A DNA stretch of 64,000 nt. It comes from Planctomycetota bacterium (GTDB lineage: Bacteria; Planctomycetota; JAJSAM01; JAJVHW01). The translations under genes were made by a program, and so were the position numbers. The stretch lies in contig CBDFJG010000004.1 in NCBI GenBank assembly GCA_965248445.1, positions 352,001 through 416,000 of the forward strand, written 5' to 3'. Position 1 is the first letter of the stretch; each line of letters begins with the position of its first letter. Shown one piece after another: positions 29,043-38,642 of the stretch. The notes under the pieces are model-generated. The model ran no database searches and was not told the DNA's origin. It saw only the letters and a list, made by a program, of their open reading frames with translations.

Positions 29043-30665
29043 TTACCGGAGCTCCAAGAGCACGCCGACATCCTGACTACCAACCGTGACGTCTGCGAGC
29101 AGAGGCTCATGTGCGAGCGACAGGTCCACCCCGAAGACACCATCGAACACCCCGACGTAGTATCTTCCACTGGGGATGCCCTCGAACTTCGCCGGCAGTC
29201 CGCTGTGAAATCGCATCCAATCGCCATCCTGAAACGGCTCTCCGGACGTGGGCTGAATGGCCACGAACACGCGGCGACACGAGAACTCCTGACCATCCCT
29301 TCGCGCCGTCACCGTTACCGCGGAGGAACCCGCGGTCAGAAGGTCATCTGGGATCCTGAGGGGAGTGACTTGTCGCGATTGGTTACTTTTGGTGATGAAC
29401 GTCGCCACGCCGCTATTCCAAATCACGAGTGCGTATCGACCGGCTCCCAGCCCGCTTATGGTCTTCGTGCTGGTTCCGGGCAGGAGGTCGCCCGAGGACA
29501 GATCGCCGGGTACGCCTTCGAGGATGGCGTTCAAGTTGAATGACACCTCAGTACTCACCAGTGTCTCCCCTGCTGGTGCGCGCAACTCGAGAGACCCTCC
29601 CGGTCCGCGAGATGCGAGGTGCAGTCTGGAGGCCTCACCGGCGATGATCTCGATGCGACCGTACATCGCTCTCGCGCCTTGCGGGTGAACGCCGATCAAG
29701 TACCGCCCCGCAGGAACCCCCCGCACTGAGAAGAGCGCCTCTCCTCCTGGGCCGGTCGCTCTCGTCGCGCGGGGGGATCTGGGCAGCGAGCGCTGCACCC
29801 CGTCCTCCCAGATGCGTCGCAGCGTCAGGCCGGCGTGTTCACTCGTGGTTCGTGATCCCTTGGCGTCCAGACCGGAGACCAGGATCTCGAGGGATCCGCC
29901 GACGCCCGTCGTGAGCTGCACGAAGACCGGGCCGGTCGCGTCCGCGTCAATTTGGATAGAGCGTTGCGCTGCCCAGTACGCCTCTGCCTCCTGGCGCTCA
30001 AGCATTCCAAACTGCCCGGCACTGACTAGTTCGACGTCGAACTCGCCCGTATCCGCCTCCGGCACACCTGCATATCCATAGTCATCTGTCGTGACCGTCC
30101 ACTCTTCACGCTCGGACCGCCCGCGCCGTCGCGAGCGCACAAGGACGTCTGCTCCGCGCACCGGCTGCTTGCTCGCATCGAGGACGCTGACCACAATCCC
30201 AGCAAGCGGCGATCGTCTCGCAACGGTCACCACGAGACGTCCGTGCTCACCGACGCTCGCGCTCACAACGCTTGCTGTTGCCGGAATGAACACATGCTCA
30301 AACCCATCGACCTCCGTTCGCAGGTCAACGAGCTTTACGAGAGAGCCGGTGCGCCACAGATGCCGCACCGGTTCCGCTCGCCGTGCAGTCACGACCTGCG
30401 GGCCATCTCCCTCCACAGCGAACAGCAGGCGCGCCTCGAGGAACTTGTGCCGTTCGAAACTCGAACCCAATTGGACATCAATCAGGTGGCCGGGGTCCCC
30501 GGCCGGTGGTGCGCCACTCCCAGCGTCTCCGCAACCCGTGCTTGCGATGGAGAGCAAGGCGGCGAGTAGGATCGACCGGATGAACCCGTAACCGAGCGGC
30601 GCAGGCCCAGGGATGAGGCCCGCCGAGACAGAGCTTCGCCCGCTGCCGTCTATTGTCGTGCCCAT
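29043..30665 (-). CDS. Hypothetical lipoprotein with carboxypeptidase-regulatory-like beta-sandwich domains
   Basis: Lipobox-like 'LLSIASTGC'; 'VSVLDASKQPVRGADV...TTDDYGYA', 'GVPAGRYLI', 'GIPSGRYYV'; codon usage differs from host genes. Start is uncertain. Confidence 0.7.
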   Translation of the reverse strand: MGTTIDGSGRSSVSAGLIPGPAPLGYGFIRSILLAALLSIASTGCGDAGSGAPPAGDPGHLIDVQLGSSFERHKFLEARLLFAVEGDGPQVVTARRAEPVRHLWRTGSLVKLVDLRTEVDGFEHVFIPATASVVSASVGEHGRLVVTVARRSPLAGIVVSVLDASKQPVRGADVLVRSRRRGRSEREEWTVTTDDYGYAGVPEADTGEFDVELVSAGQFGMLERQEAEAYWAAQRSIQIDADATGPVFVQLTTGVGGSLEILVSGLDAKGSRTTSEHAGLTLRRIWEDGVQRSLPRSPRATRATGPGGEALFSVRGVPAGRYLIGVHPQGARAMYGRIEIIAGEASRLHLASRGPGGSLELRAPAGETLVSTEVSFNLNAILEGVPGDLSSGDLLPGTSTKTISGLGAGRYALVIWNSGVATFITKSNQSRQVTPLRIPDDLLTAGSSAVTVTARRDGQEFSCRRVFVAIQPTSGEPFQDGDWMRFHSGLPAKFEGIPSGRYYVGVFDGVFGVDLSLAHEPLLADVTVGSQDVGVLLELR

Positions 30666-32269
30666 CGGTAGATTCTCGATCGCTCCCCGACACTGATAAA
30701 GAAAGCCGCTTCCTGCCAGTTCTTTCCGGACTCTGTGCGATGACCGCCCGGAAACCACGTGAACGCGTTGTACCTGCCGTGCGGAATCACCGCACGCGAT
30801 CCGTCGAGGCAGGTCACGCACCAGGCGGAGTAGCCGTCGCCTCCGAGTTGAAACATCACACGGGGCCGAGCCGTCAAGAACGAGTTGTTGAGCACGAGAC
30901 CCGCAGAGTCCGTCGTCACGGTGGAAGTCGCCTCATCGCGTTGCGGAAGCCCTGGGAGTGTGATGTCATTCTCTCCGGGTTGGACTTCTATCAACAGTGA
31001 CTCAACCGGAGCTTCGCAATCCTCAGGGACAGTGCTCAGGACGTAAGTTCCGGGATTGATCGGACCAAGGTCGGCGGTCAACGGGGTAACTTCACTGCGC
31101 CGCGTCACCGTCACCTGTGCGGCGTCCGCTGCTGTCGCTGTCGAGAGCAGTTGGTCCATCCGCAGTGTCACACTCGTGACGCCAGCGTCCGCCGGCAGAG
31201 CCAATCTCACGCTCGAGATGCCAAGGCTGAGTGTTGCGGTAATCTCTACAGTCTCCCCAGGTTCTGGAGCGACGTTGACCACTCCGTGGCCCGCGGTTGG
31301 CGACCATACCGACACGCGCAACTCGCTTGGAACGACATCCGGAACTTCGAGTACTCCGCGATCGAGCTGACCACCTCTGATCATGCGCACGGGCCGCCAT
31401 GCACGCTCAGCGACTCTCGCAGAAATGGTGCACCGAAGATCCCTCACGTCCGTGAGCGCGGGGGCAAATCGAAGTCGAAGACGCGAGGCGCGGCTCACGC
31501 GCAAGTCCACGAGAACGTTGGGTTCCTCAACTCCCACTATCACGGCGCCGTGGGCGGATCCCTGAGGCAGTCTCCGCTGTGGCTCTACTGGACCAGTCGT
31601 GTACCCGCGCGGCGTTGAGCCGACAATCAGGTCGTACCGACCAGGCTCTGAGTAGACGCGGCCGGCGATGCCGAACTCGTTCGTGAGAACAACAGACCGT
31701 CCCGTGGGACCGGCCACAGTGATCGACGCACCCGCAACTGGCTCCGCTCGGTCGTCCAACACGCGCACACGCAGCCGTATTCCGTCTTCGGGGACGGCGG
31801 CACCGGTCACGCGACTCACTTCCATCATGTGCGGCGATGGCGATGTAGAAGTCGTGTGTTCTGCGGGAGCTAGAAGGAAATCCGCGTTGGAAAGTCCGTC
31901 GACTATCGACGCAGCCGATGCGGCAGATCCATGCGGCGCTAGTCGGGGACGGGCGCGGTACGTAGCAGATCGAGTGGGGATCGAAAGGGGAGTTGGCGCA
32001 CGCCATCGGTGGGGCCGGATAGCATCATGTGATTGAGCGCGCCGTGAGACTCGCGGCTGCTCCACCTCCTCGGTACCGCCGCCCGAACCGCTCTGCGTCG
32101 AAACAGCTTCTACATGACTGTGGCGCTGTTCCGTATCGCCCGATCGCAGAGCGGTAGCCGCTCCTACACCGGCTGCAATCAGCAACGAGGCAGCAAGAAG
32201 ATGTCGGCGACTAGCGGCGCCGCGCATCGCCTCACCGCCGAACCGGTACTTCATGTCTGACCTGAACAC
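30650..32269 (-). CDS. Hypothetical membrane-anchored protein with carboxypeptidase-regulatory-like domains
   Basis: AGGAGG RBS 8 nt before the GTG at 32269; N-terminal hydrophobic segment; 'VRVLDDRAEPVAGASITV...TNEFG...PGRYDL', 'PGTYVL'. Confidence 0.7.
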   Translation of the reverse strand: MFRSDMKYRFGGEAMRGAASRRHLLAASLLIAAGVGAATALRSGDTEQRHSHVEAVSTQSGSGGGTEEVEQPRVSRRAQSHDAIRPHRWRAPTPLSIPTRSATYRARPRLAPHGSAASAASIVDGLSNADFLLAPAEHTTSTSPSPHMMEVSRVTGAAVPEDGIRLRVRVLDDRAEPVAGASITVAGPTGRSVVLTNEFGIAGRVYSEPGRYDLIVGSTPRGYTTGPVEPQRRLPQGSAHGAVIVGVEEPNVLVDLRVSRASRLRLRFAPALTDVRDLRCTISARVAERAWRPVRMIRGGQLDRGVLEVPDVVPSELRVSVWSPTAGHGVVNVAPEPGETVEITATLSLGISSVRLALPADAGVTSVTLRMDQLLSTATAADAAQVTVTRRSEVTPLTADLGPINPGTYVLSTVPEDCEAPVESLLIEVQPGENDITLPGLPQRDEATSTVTTDSAGLVLNNSFLTARPRVMFQLGGDGYSAWCVTCLDGSRAVIPHGRYNAFTWFPGGHRTESGKNWQEAAFFISVGERSRIYRWARQ

Positions 32270-32290
32270 GGTCAAGTCCTCCTGGCACTG

Positions 32291-35002
32291 CTAGGGCTGC
32301 TGAAGTGCTCCCGTGCCGCCGGCCGATGCGGCTCCGCCGACCTGGGGGTTCGCCGGATTGGGACCGTTGGGCCCCGACCCGGCCCCGCCCGCGACCGTGT
32401 CGTCGTGATTGGCTCCACCATCGCCGCCGGTCCCACTCATGCCTCCCGGTCCCGCAGGACGTGCGGGCGGCTGCCCCCCGGGTCCACCGGCGAACGCGAC
32501 GCCCGCGCCGCCGCTGCCACTAGCGCCTCCGTTGCCGCCCTTGCCGTCAGCCCCGTCGCTCCCCCCGCCGGTGTTCTCGCCGCCCTTACCACCCTTACCG
32601 CCCTTGCCGCCATTGCCGCCGGACTTGCCGTCGACGTCCGCGGGAGCCGTGCCGTCGCCGGGGGTCGCGGGGGCGCCCTCGCCGGCCGTTCCGCCCGTCC
32701 CTCCATCGCCGGCTTTTCCACCCTTCTTGGTCACGTCGTCGGCCGCCGTTGACCCACCCTCACCGCCGTCCCCAGCGTTTCCGGCATTCCCACCGTACTT
32801 GCCGCCATCCCCACCGTCGCCACCGATTGCGGCATTGCCACCGTTGCCTCCCTTGGAGCTGCCACCACTCCCTCCGGTGCCACCGTTACCACCGTTCTTC
32901 CCGGAGATGTATGGCAGATCGCCGTCTCCTCCCTTTCCGCCCTTTCCGCCCACGCCTCCGCCTCCGCCGTCTCCATATGTGCCGGTGCCACCGTCACCGC
33001 CGGACTTGCCGTCCTTCCCAGCGGAGGCTTCAGCCCCGCGGGGGCTTGGGGGGGGATCGTCTGCCACCAGGGACTCCCCGTCGGTCCCCTCTTGGCCGTC
33101 GCCACCCTTCCCACCCTTACCGCCATGGGTTCCGTTGCCGCCCTTTCCGCCGGCTGAGGACTCTCCGGCCTCGCCACCGTTGACACCGGCCTCGCCATCG
33201 GCGGCCCCGCCCTTGCCGCCCTTTCCGCCGTGACCGCCATCGCCCCCGGGGGCGACGCCTGTGAACTCGTCTGGCACGTCGTCCCACGTTCCGCCTTCAC
33301 CGGCTATGCCAGCGTTGCCTCCCGTCCCGCCGGGACCATCGTCAAAGTCCAAGCCAGGGTCCGTCGAGTTCCACTTCCCGTCGTTAGCGCCACCGCCCGC
33401 GACATCCTCATCGTCGGTCGGCCCGCGGGCGTGACCGCCATTGCCCGCGTCTCCGCCGTCACCCCCGCCGCCTGTCGCCGTCGGATCCGCTCCGTCGATG
33501 CCGTCTCCGCCGTGGCCGGCCTGGCCACCTGCGTACGCATTTCCGCCGTTTCCGCCGTCTCCGCCGTCTCCGCCGTTGGCCCCAGCGCCTCCCCCGTTAC
33601 CTCCATTGCCAGCAGCCTGAGAACCGTTCGAATGGCCACCGACCCCACCGGTTCCACCGTTGCCGGTGCCGGACCCATTGCCGCCGTTGCCACCTCCGGC
33701 TCCTCCGCCACCGCCGCCGCGGGAGTGCCCCCCCACTCCGCCAGTGCCGCCGTTCGCGTTGTCTCTCCCAAATCCTCCTAGCCCCCCGATTCCGGCCTGG
33801 AGACCGTCCTCGGTGAGGCCGCCTCGTCCTCCTGTGCCGCCGGCGAAGCCGGTGCCCCTAGCGTCGCCACCGTCTCCTCCGCTACCACCAATTCCACTGA
33901 CCTGCGCAGTCCCGGCATTCCCACCATTCGCCCCGTTACCGACCTTCCCGGGAGCCACACCTCCGCCCTTGCCGCCGTCACCGCTCTGGCCGCCGCCGAA
34001 AGAGTCTCCTCCAGGGCCACCCTTGCCGCCGGACGTCCCACCCGCGCCGTTCTGCGCCCCATCTCCTCCTTTGCCGCCTGTTCCCGCTGCCCCGGATCCG
34101 AACGCACTTCCCCCTGCACCGCCATTGCCGCCCTGTTGAGTGCTGCCGGTACCGCCGTCACCCCCCTTCGTGCCGTCGTTCGTGCCGCCGGAGTCCCCGC
34201 CGTTGCCACCCTTGCCGCCCGTCGGACCATCACCGCCATCGCCTGCGGCGCCGCCTGTCCCGTTGTCGAGCGCGTCGCCGCCGTTGCCGCCGCTCCCCCC
34301 GGTGGCGACTCCACCGGCCGCGGCGTGCGCGCCGTTCTTGCCCGCGCCACCGTTACCGGTCCCAAACCCGTTTCCACCAGAGCCTCCGTCACCGCCGTTG
34401 GCCCCTGCGACCCCGCCGTCACCGCCGGTCCCCTGTGTCGTTCCTCCGTGTCCACCCTGGCCGCCATTGCCACCCTTTTGGGCGCCAGTGCCATCACCGC
34501 CCTTGCCGCCAGCGCCACCATTCCCGGTTCCCGTGTTCACATCCTCAGTTCCACCGTCGCCACCCCATCCTCCGTTGCCAGCAGGCTGCGTGCTCGTCGC
34601 ATCGCCGCCAGCTCCACCCGCACCGCCGTTGCCCGTGGCACCTCCAGTACCGCCATTGCCCCCTTTTCCGGCACCGGTCGTACTGTTGGCATTGCTTCCG
34701 TTCTTCCCGTCGCCGCCCTTGCCACCATTGACACCGTTGCCACCGTCGCCGCCTTCGGGGTACGGAGTTCCCGGCGAGCCCTGAGTTGTGTCTATTCCAC
34801 CAGCCGCCCCATCACCGCCGTTGGCTGTGCCGGTGGCATGCTCGTAGCCGTTGCCGCCGTTCTGGCCGGGCGGCCCCCCATTGTCCCCGTGGACGGATCC
34901 CGCGGTTCCGTCGCTCGCCGTGCCGTTGTTGCCGGCGCTAGCGAGTCGGACTGGCACGGCGAGGACTACGACGATCAGGAGAATCGTAAGGACGGGGCGC
35001 AT
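32291..35002 (-). CDS. Secreted glycine-rich PGRS-like protein (~900 aa)
   Basis: Signal peptide '[23 protein letters not shown]', then (GGx)n tracts such as GGNGGxGG and GGKGGDG over nearly the whole length; no PE domain. Confidence 0.85.
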   Translation of the reverse strand: MRPVLTILLIVVVLAVPVRLASAGNNGTASDGTAGSVHGDNGGPPGQNGGNGYEHATGTANGGDGAAGGIDTTQGSPGTPYPEGGDGGNGVNGGKGGDGKNGSNANSTTGAGKGGNGGTGGATGNGGAGGAGGDATSTQPAGNGGWGGDGGTEDVNTGTGNGGAGGKGGDGTGAQKGGNGGQGGHGGTTQGTGGDGGVAGANGGDGGSGGNGFGTGNGGAGKNGAHAAAGGVATGGSGGNGGDALDNGTGGAAGDGGDGPTGGKGGNGGDSGGTNDGTKGGDGGTGSTQQGGNGGAGGSAFGSGAAGTGGKGGDGAQNGAGGTSGGKGGPGGDSFGGGQSGDGGKGGGVAPGKVGNGANGGNAGTAQVSGIGGSGGDGGDARGTGFAGGTGGRGGLTEDGLQAGIGGLGGFGRDNANGGTGGVGGHSRGGGGGGAGGGNGGNGSGTGNGGTGGVGGHSNGSQAAGNGGNGGGAGANGGDGGDGGNGGNAYAGGQAGHGGDGIDGADPTATGGGGDGGDAGNGGHARGPTDDEDVAGGGANDGKWNSTDPGLDFDDGPGGTGGNAGIAGEGGTWDDVPDEFTGVAPGGDGGHGGKGGKGGAADGEAGVNGGEAGESSAGGKGGNGTHGGKGGKGGDGQEGTDGESLVADDPPPSPRGAEASAGKDGKSGGDGGTGTYGDGGGGGVGGKGGKGGDGDLPYISGKNGGNGGTGGSGGSSKGGNGGNAAIGGDGGDGGKYGGNAGNAGDGGEGGSTAADDVTKKGGKAGDGGTGGTAGEGAPATPGDGTAPADVDGKSGGNGGKGGKGGKGGENTGGGSDGADGKGGNGGASGSGGAGVAFAGGPGGQPPARPAGPGGMSGTGGDGGANHDDTVAGGAGSGPNGPNPANPQVGGAASAGGTGALQQP

Positions 35003-35059
35003 GTTCACAACTCCATTGGTAATCGGCCTGATGGGCAACAACGATCCTACGGGCTCATG

Positions 35060-35164
35060 AGGCGCTCGACCAGATCACGCAGCTCATCGGTGCCCACATC
35101 CGATTCATCGACCGAACGGAAAGCGATCTGGATCCGAGCTCAGAACCAAGGGCTGAACGGGTAC
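35060..35164 (-). mobile_element. IS66 left-end fragment (~105 bp with TIR and transposase start)
   Basis: Matches 11198-11302, ending CTGAACGGGTAC. Confidence 0.93.
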
Positions 35165-35194
35165 CCTCGAGCGCAGCAAATGGAGGAACTTCCG

Positions 35195-35563
35195 ATGACC
35201 CGGTCTCGTTCACGCAATCTCGCGTTCGGACTTCTTGCCCTGGTGGCCGTGGCGCTGTCAGCCACGGCGCACTCTGGCCCGAGCAACGAGAGGGTCACAC
35301 GCCTCCGAACGATCTGCGAGTCGCCGATCGGCTTCTCGCGTCGCGCGGCACTCTTGGACGACTTGCGCAAGAAGGACACATCCTCCTCGCGCAATGCGCT
35401 TGAGGACATGGCCGCGAGCGACGACGAGGTCGTCGCGACGCAGGCGATCGCACGGGCGTTCGCGGTCTGTTCTCGGGCGCGCGGGCCTCGCGGCTGCTGG
35501 CCGAGCGCATCGCCGAAGGCGCAGGTGTCACCGCCCATCGAGCGCCGGTCCTGGGCGTTCTGA
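35195..35563 (+). pseudogene. Probably truncated exported protein with a HEAT-like start
   Basis: GGAGG RBS, signal peptide, 'NALEDMAASDDEVVATQAI', then degenerates into non-protein-like sequence. Confidence 0.5.
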
Positions 35564-35882
35564 GGCGGCCGAACTCGAGCCCAGGGGGTGGGCGACGTTT
35601 GGGCCCACCCTGAGGCGCCGTCCTAAGTCGTTTGCCTGCCTCACGGAATGGCGCGATCGGCGGACACCCTTGCGCCCACTCTCGGGGCTCGCGGCTGGCA
35701 GGCTCCGGCTGCGCGCGTGTTACATTGTGACACGGCCGGCGGCGTAGCTCAGTCGAGGGGGTACGTCGTGTTGGAGCGGACGGGCTGCGATACGCCACTG
35801 CGACACGCCGGTTGAGAAGGACCGAGGCGACCTCGCCCGGCTGGCGCTGCGGCTGATAGGGGAGCGGCAATCTACAAACGTC

Positions 35883-36119
35883 TTGACGTGTGTCTTCTGT
35901 GGCCGCGTGTCCGTACACCGTCCGGGGAATGACACCCGCATCGAGACGCTGACCGCTGCGCTCAAGAAGGCCGTCGAGTTCGTGACGGACTGCAAGGCGG
36001 CAAGGTGGCCCGCAGACCAGACGGTCAACGAAGGCGAACTCTGCTTCAACACCTGCGACTACCACGCGATGAACGACATCCTCGAAGCCGCCGCCCGCGC
36101 GCTGGAGACTCAGCCATGA
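35883..36119 (+). CDS. Small phage-like hypothetical protein (start uncertain)
   Basis: First of a chain of 4-nt-overlapping ORFs (36116, 36319). Confidence 0.45.
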   Translation: MTCVFCGRVSVHRPGNDTRIETLTAALKKAVEFVTDCKAARWPADQTVNEGELCFNTCDYHAMNDILEAAARALETQP

Positions 36120-36322
36120 CCGAGCAGCCGAGCGACCCTGAACCCGGCCACGGGAACATCATGCGTGTTCACGAACCATGCGCAGTCCTGTGCGATGAAC
36201 TCCAGATCGGGGAGTGGTCGCTTGGAGAGGCGTTCACGTACCTGCACGACGAGGAAGCCGCACAGAACCGCGCGCTTGCGGGAGTGGCCGCGATGCGCCG
36301 TGTCCCGGAGCCCGCCGAGTGA
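36116..36322 (+). CDS. Small phage-like hypothetical protein
   Basis: GGAG RBS; ATGA and GTGA overlaps with both neighbours. Confidence 0.55.
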   Translation: MTEQPSDPEPGHGNIMRVHEPCAVLCDELQIGEWSLGEAFTYLHDEEAAQNRALAGVAAMRRVPEPAE

Positions 36323-36549
36323 GCCTCCTCCGCACCCCTGACGTGGCCGCACAGCTCAGCATCTCGGAGAGCCGGGTGCGCGAACTCTTCGCCGATGGGA
36401 CGCTCCCCGCTTGGAGGCCAGGCAAGTCGTGGATCACGACGCAAGAGGCGTTGAACGAGCACGTCACGAAGAAAGCGCTCGAGTCCGTCGGTCACGAAGT
36501 GGAGGCGGTGCCGGTCGTCTCGCCTTGGGAGAGGGAGGACTTCCGGTGA
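36319..36549 (+). CDS. Excisionase-like helix-turn-helix protein
   Basis: 'LLRTPDVAAQLSISESRVRELFADGTLPAWRPGKSWIT' is an excisionase/HTH_17-type pattern; adjacent to the integrase. Confidence 0.85.
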   Translation: MSLLRTPDVAAQLSISESRVRELFADGTLPAWRPGKSWITTQEALNEHVTKKALESVGHEVEAVPVVSPWEREDFR

Positions 36550-37583
36550 CGTTGCAGCGCACGGATTGCCTGTGTCGGCGCGTCGTTCGGCGCGTGGTCG
36601 GCGTACCGCATCGTCGTGGCGAGCGACGAGTGCCCGAGCAGTCGCTTGATGGTCGGGAGGTCCACGCCGGCACGCACGAGCGCGACCGCGAAAGCGTGGC
36701 GGAGCCCGTGCGGCGTGAGTGTCGGGAACCCAGCCGCCGTCGCCGCCCGGTGGAAGATGCGCGACACGACGCGACGCTTCGGGAGGAAGCCGAAGACAAG
36801 CGCCGCGCCGTGGAGCGGTGTCGCCTCCCGCGCAGCCCAGAGACTCCGCAGAGCATCCGCTACGCGAGCCGTGAGCGGCACCACGCGCGTCTTCCCGCCC
36901 TTCCCGTACCGCACGGTCAGGGTCACGAAGTCGTGCGTGATGTCGCGCCAAGCCAGTTGCTCGCCCTCACCGCGACGCAGGCCCGTCTCGCCGAGCACGA
37001 TGACGTAGGGGCGGATGCTCGGCGGCATCGTGGCGTACAGGCGCTCGAGGTCCGCGGGCGACAGGAACGGGACGGCCTTAAGCGGCGGCTTGCGGAGGCC
37101 GAGGCGCTCGCACGGGTTGACCTCGAGCAGCCCGGCGTCGATGCCGACCCGGTAGGCGCCGGACAGGACGGCGAGGTAGAGCCGCACCGTGGCGGGCGCG
37201 TACCCGCGCTTCACCGCGATGCGCTGCGTCCACCCCCGGACATCGCCGCGCTTCACGTCGGCCATGCGGCGGTTGCCCCACATCGCGGCAATCTTCCGCA
37301 GGCACGCCTCCTCGCGTTCGATGGTCGAGGGCGCGCACGTCGCCCGCTTGGCGCGCAGGAACAGCGGGATGATGGAGTCGAAGGTCACGCCGCTGGCGTG
37401 GACGCGGCCCTTCGCGATGTCGGCCTCGCGCTCCATGAGGAACGTCTTGGCCGCCTTCCGGGTCTTGAACCCGCTCTGTTTGCGTCGGCGGCCGTTCTCG
37501 GACCAGCGGACCCGCCAGTCGTCGTAGGGGGTCCCGTCGGGCCGCTTGCGGCGGTAGACGGTCCCGAAGGTGCGGCGTTCCAC
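36492..37583 (-). CDS. Tyrosine recombinase / phage integrase
   Basis: N-terminal arm-binding-like region; catalytic 'TGLRRGE', 'GKGGKTR', 'HGLRH', 'LLGH', 'TMRY'. Confidence 0.95.
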   Translation of the reverse strand: MERRTFGTVYRRKRPDGTPYDDWRVRWSENGRRRKQSGFKTRKAAKTFLMEREADIAKGRVHASGVTFDSIIPLFLRAKRATCAPSTIEREEACLRKIAAMWGNRRMADVKRGDVRGWTQRIAVKRGYAPATVRLYLAVLSGAYRVGIDAGLLEVNPCERLGLRKPPLKAVPFLSPADLERLYATMPPSIRPYVIVLGETGLRRGEGEQLAWRDITHDFVTLTVRYGKGGKTRVVPLTARVADALRSLWAAREATPLHGAALVFGFLPKRRVVSRIFHRAATAAGFPTLTPHGLRHAFAVALVRAGVDLPTIKRLLGHSSLATTMRYADHAPNDAPTQAIRALQRHRKSSLSQGETTGTASTS

Positions 37584-37630
37584 GGGGGCATGGTAGCGGA
37601 GCCGTCTACACGTCCGAACAGGAGACACCG

Positions 37631-38053
37631 ATGAGCACACAGACCTTCGGCATCCAACTGGCCCTCGAGACTTGCATCGACTGCTCGATGGTGTTCGCGA
37701 TCACGGAGGAGTTCCTCCGCAAGCGGAGGCGCGACCACAAGAACCTCTACTGCCCCGCGGGACACCCGCAGCACTACCCGGGCGAGAGCGACCTGGAGAA
37801 GGCCCGGCGTAGCGCCCGCGAGTGGGAGGAGTACGCGACGAAGCAGAAGGCGGACGCCGAGCGGCGGGCACAGCGTCTCCGAGAGCAGCGAGACCACCAA
37901 GAGCGCCGAGCCAGCGCCTACAAGGGCCACCTGACTCGCGCGAAGACGCGAGCGGGTGCTGGCGCCTGCCTGTTCTGCAAGCGCGAGTTCGTGAACGTGA
38001 AGCGGCACATGGCGAGCAAGCACCAGGACCACGTCACGGCGGACCTGCGATGA
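37631..38053 (+). CDS. Phage-like protein with two Zn-finger motifs and a central coiled coil
   Basis: AGGAG RBS; 'CIDC...YCPAGH' and 'CLFC...HMASKH'. Confidence 0.75.
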   Translation: MSTQTFGIQLALETCIDCSMVFAITEEFLRKRRRDHKNLYCPAGHPQHYPGESDLEKARRSAREWEEYATKQKADAERRAQRLREQRDHQERRASAYKGHLTRAKTRAGAGACLFCKREFVNVKRHMASKHQDHVTADLR

Positions 38054-38433
38054 CCCTGCGCGAGAAGGCCGAGAATGTCGCGGCGCTGCTGCCGGGGGTG
38101 ACGTATCGCCTTGACCCGTCGCTCGGACCGTCGATGAGCATGGAACACGGCGAGGAGTCAAGCCCAGAGGGGAGCTTCATGTGGCTGTTCGCCGCCTCGG
38201 ACGACGAGTCGTACACCCTCGCCGAGCAACTGTTCTTCGTCGGTCGGCTGGCCGAGGCGCTGCCGGAGGGATGGGAGTTCGGCTGCATCCGCCGTCACCC
38301 GGACGAGTGGTATGTCGGGCTGGACCACGAAACGCCCGAGCCGCCCGGAGTCGGGATGCAAGGCGCGACTGGCGCCACCCCGACCGAGGCGATGCTCGAC
38401 GCCGTCATCGCGGCGCTCGGAGAGACGGAATGA
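38050..38433 (+). CDS. Phage-like hypothetical protein
   Basis: ATGA-coupled; ends 'GATPTEAMLDAVIAAL'. Confidence 0.65.
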   Translation: MTLREKAENVAALLPGVTYRLDPSLGPSMSMEHGEESSPEGSFMWLFAASDDESYTLAEQLFFVGRLAEALPEGWEFGCIRRHPDEWYVGLDHETPEPPGVGMQGATGATPTEAMLDAVIAALGETE

Positions 38434-38582
38434 GGGCGCTCTTGTGGTTCGGCATCGCGTCCATCGGTATTGGGTTCACGGTGCTCGTGTTCACCACGGA
38501 CATCGTCACGGCCGTTTGCGTGCTGAGTCTGGTGGCCGGGTTCATGAGCGTCCATGCCCACCTCGACCACGGTGTGAGGTGA
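38430..38582 (+). CDS. Small two-TM hypothetical protein
   Basis: ATGA-coupled; 'MRALLWFGIASIGIGFTVLVFTTDIVTAVCVLSLVAGF'. Confidence 0.5.
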   Translation: MRALLWFGIASIGIGFTVLVFTTDIVTAVCVLSLVAGFMSVHAHLDHGVR

Positions 38583-38599
38583 CGCCGATGACCGCGACG

Positions 38600-38637
38600 A
38601 CATGGCCCCAACATGGCCCCAGGCGGCCCGAAAGGGC
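38600..38637. repeat. Tandem 11-mer ACATGGCCCCA x2 plus GCCC-GAAA-GGGC hairpin (possible integrase arm-type site)
   Basis: The repeat is seen directly at 38600-38621, at the right edge of the phage-like gene run. The function is inferred. Confidence 0.5.
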
Positions 38638-38642
38638 ACGAT

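Noticed and set aside
32291..35002. Call as mycobacterial PE-PGRS or collagen
   Set aside because: No PE domain and a Sec signal peptide is present; the repeats are GGx rather than Pro-rich Gly-X-Y.
32305..35060. Pro-rich plus-strand ORFs
   Set aside because: Antisense of the Gly-rich gene, which has the signal peptide and operon context.
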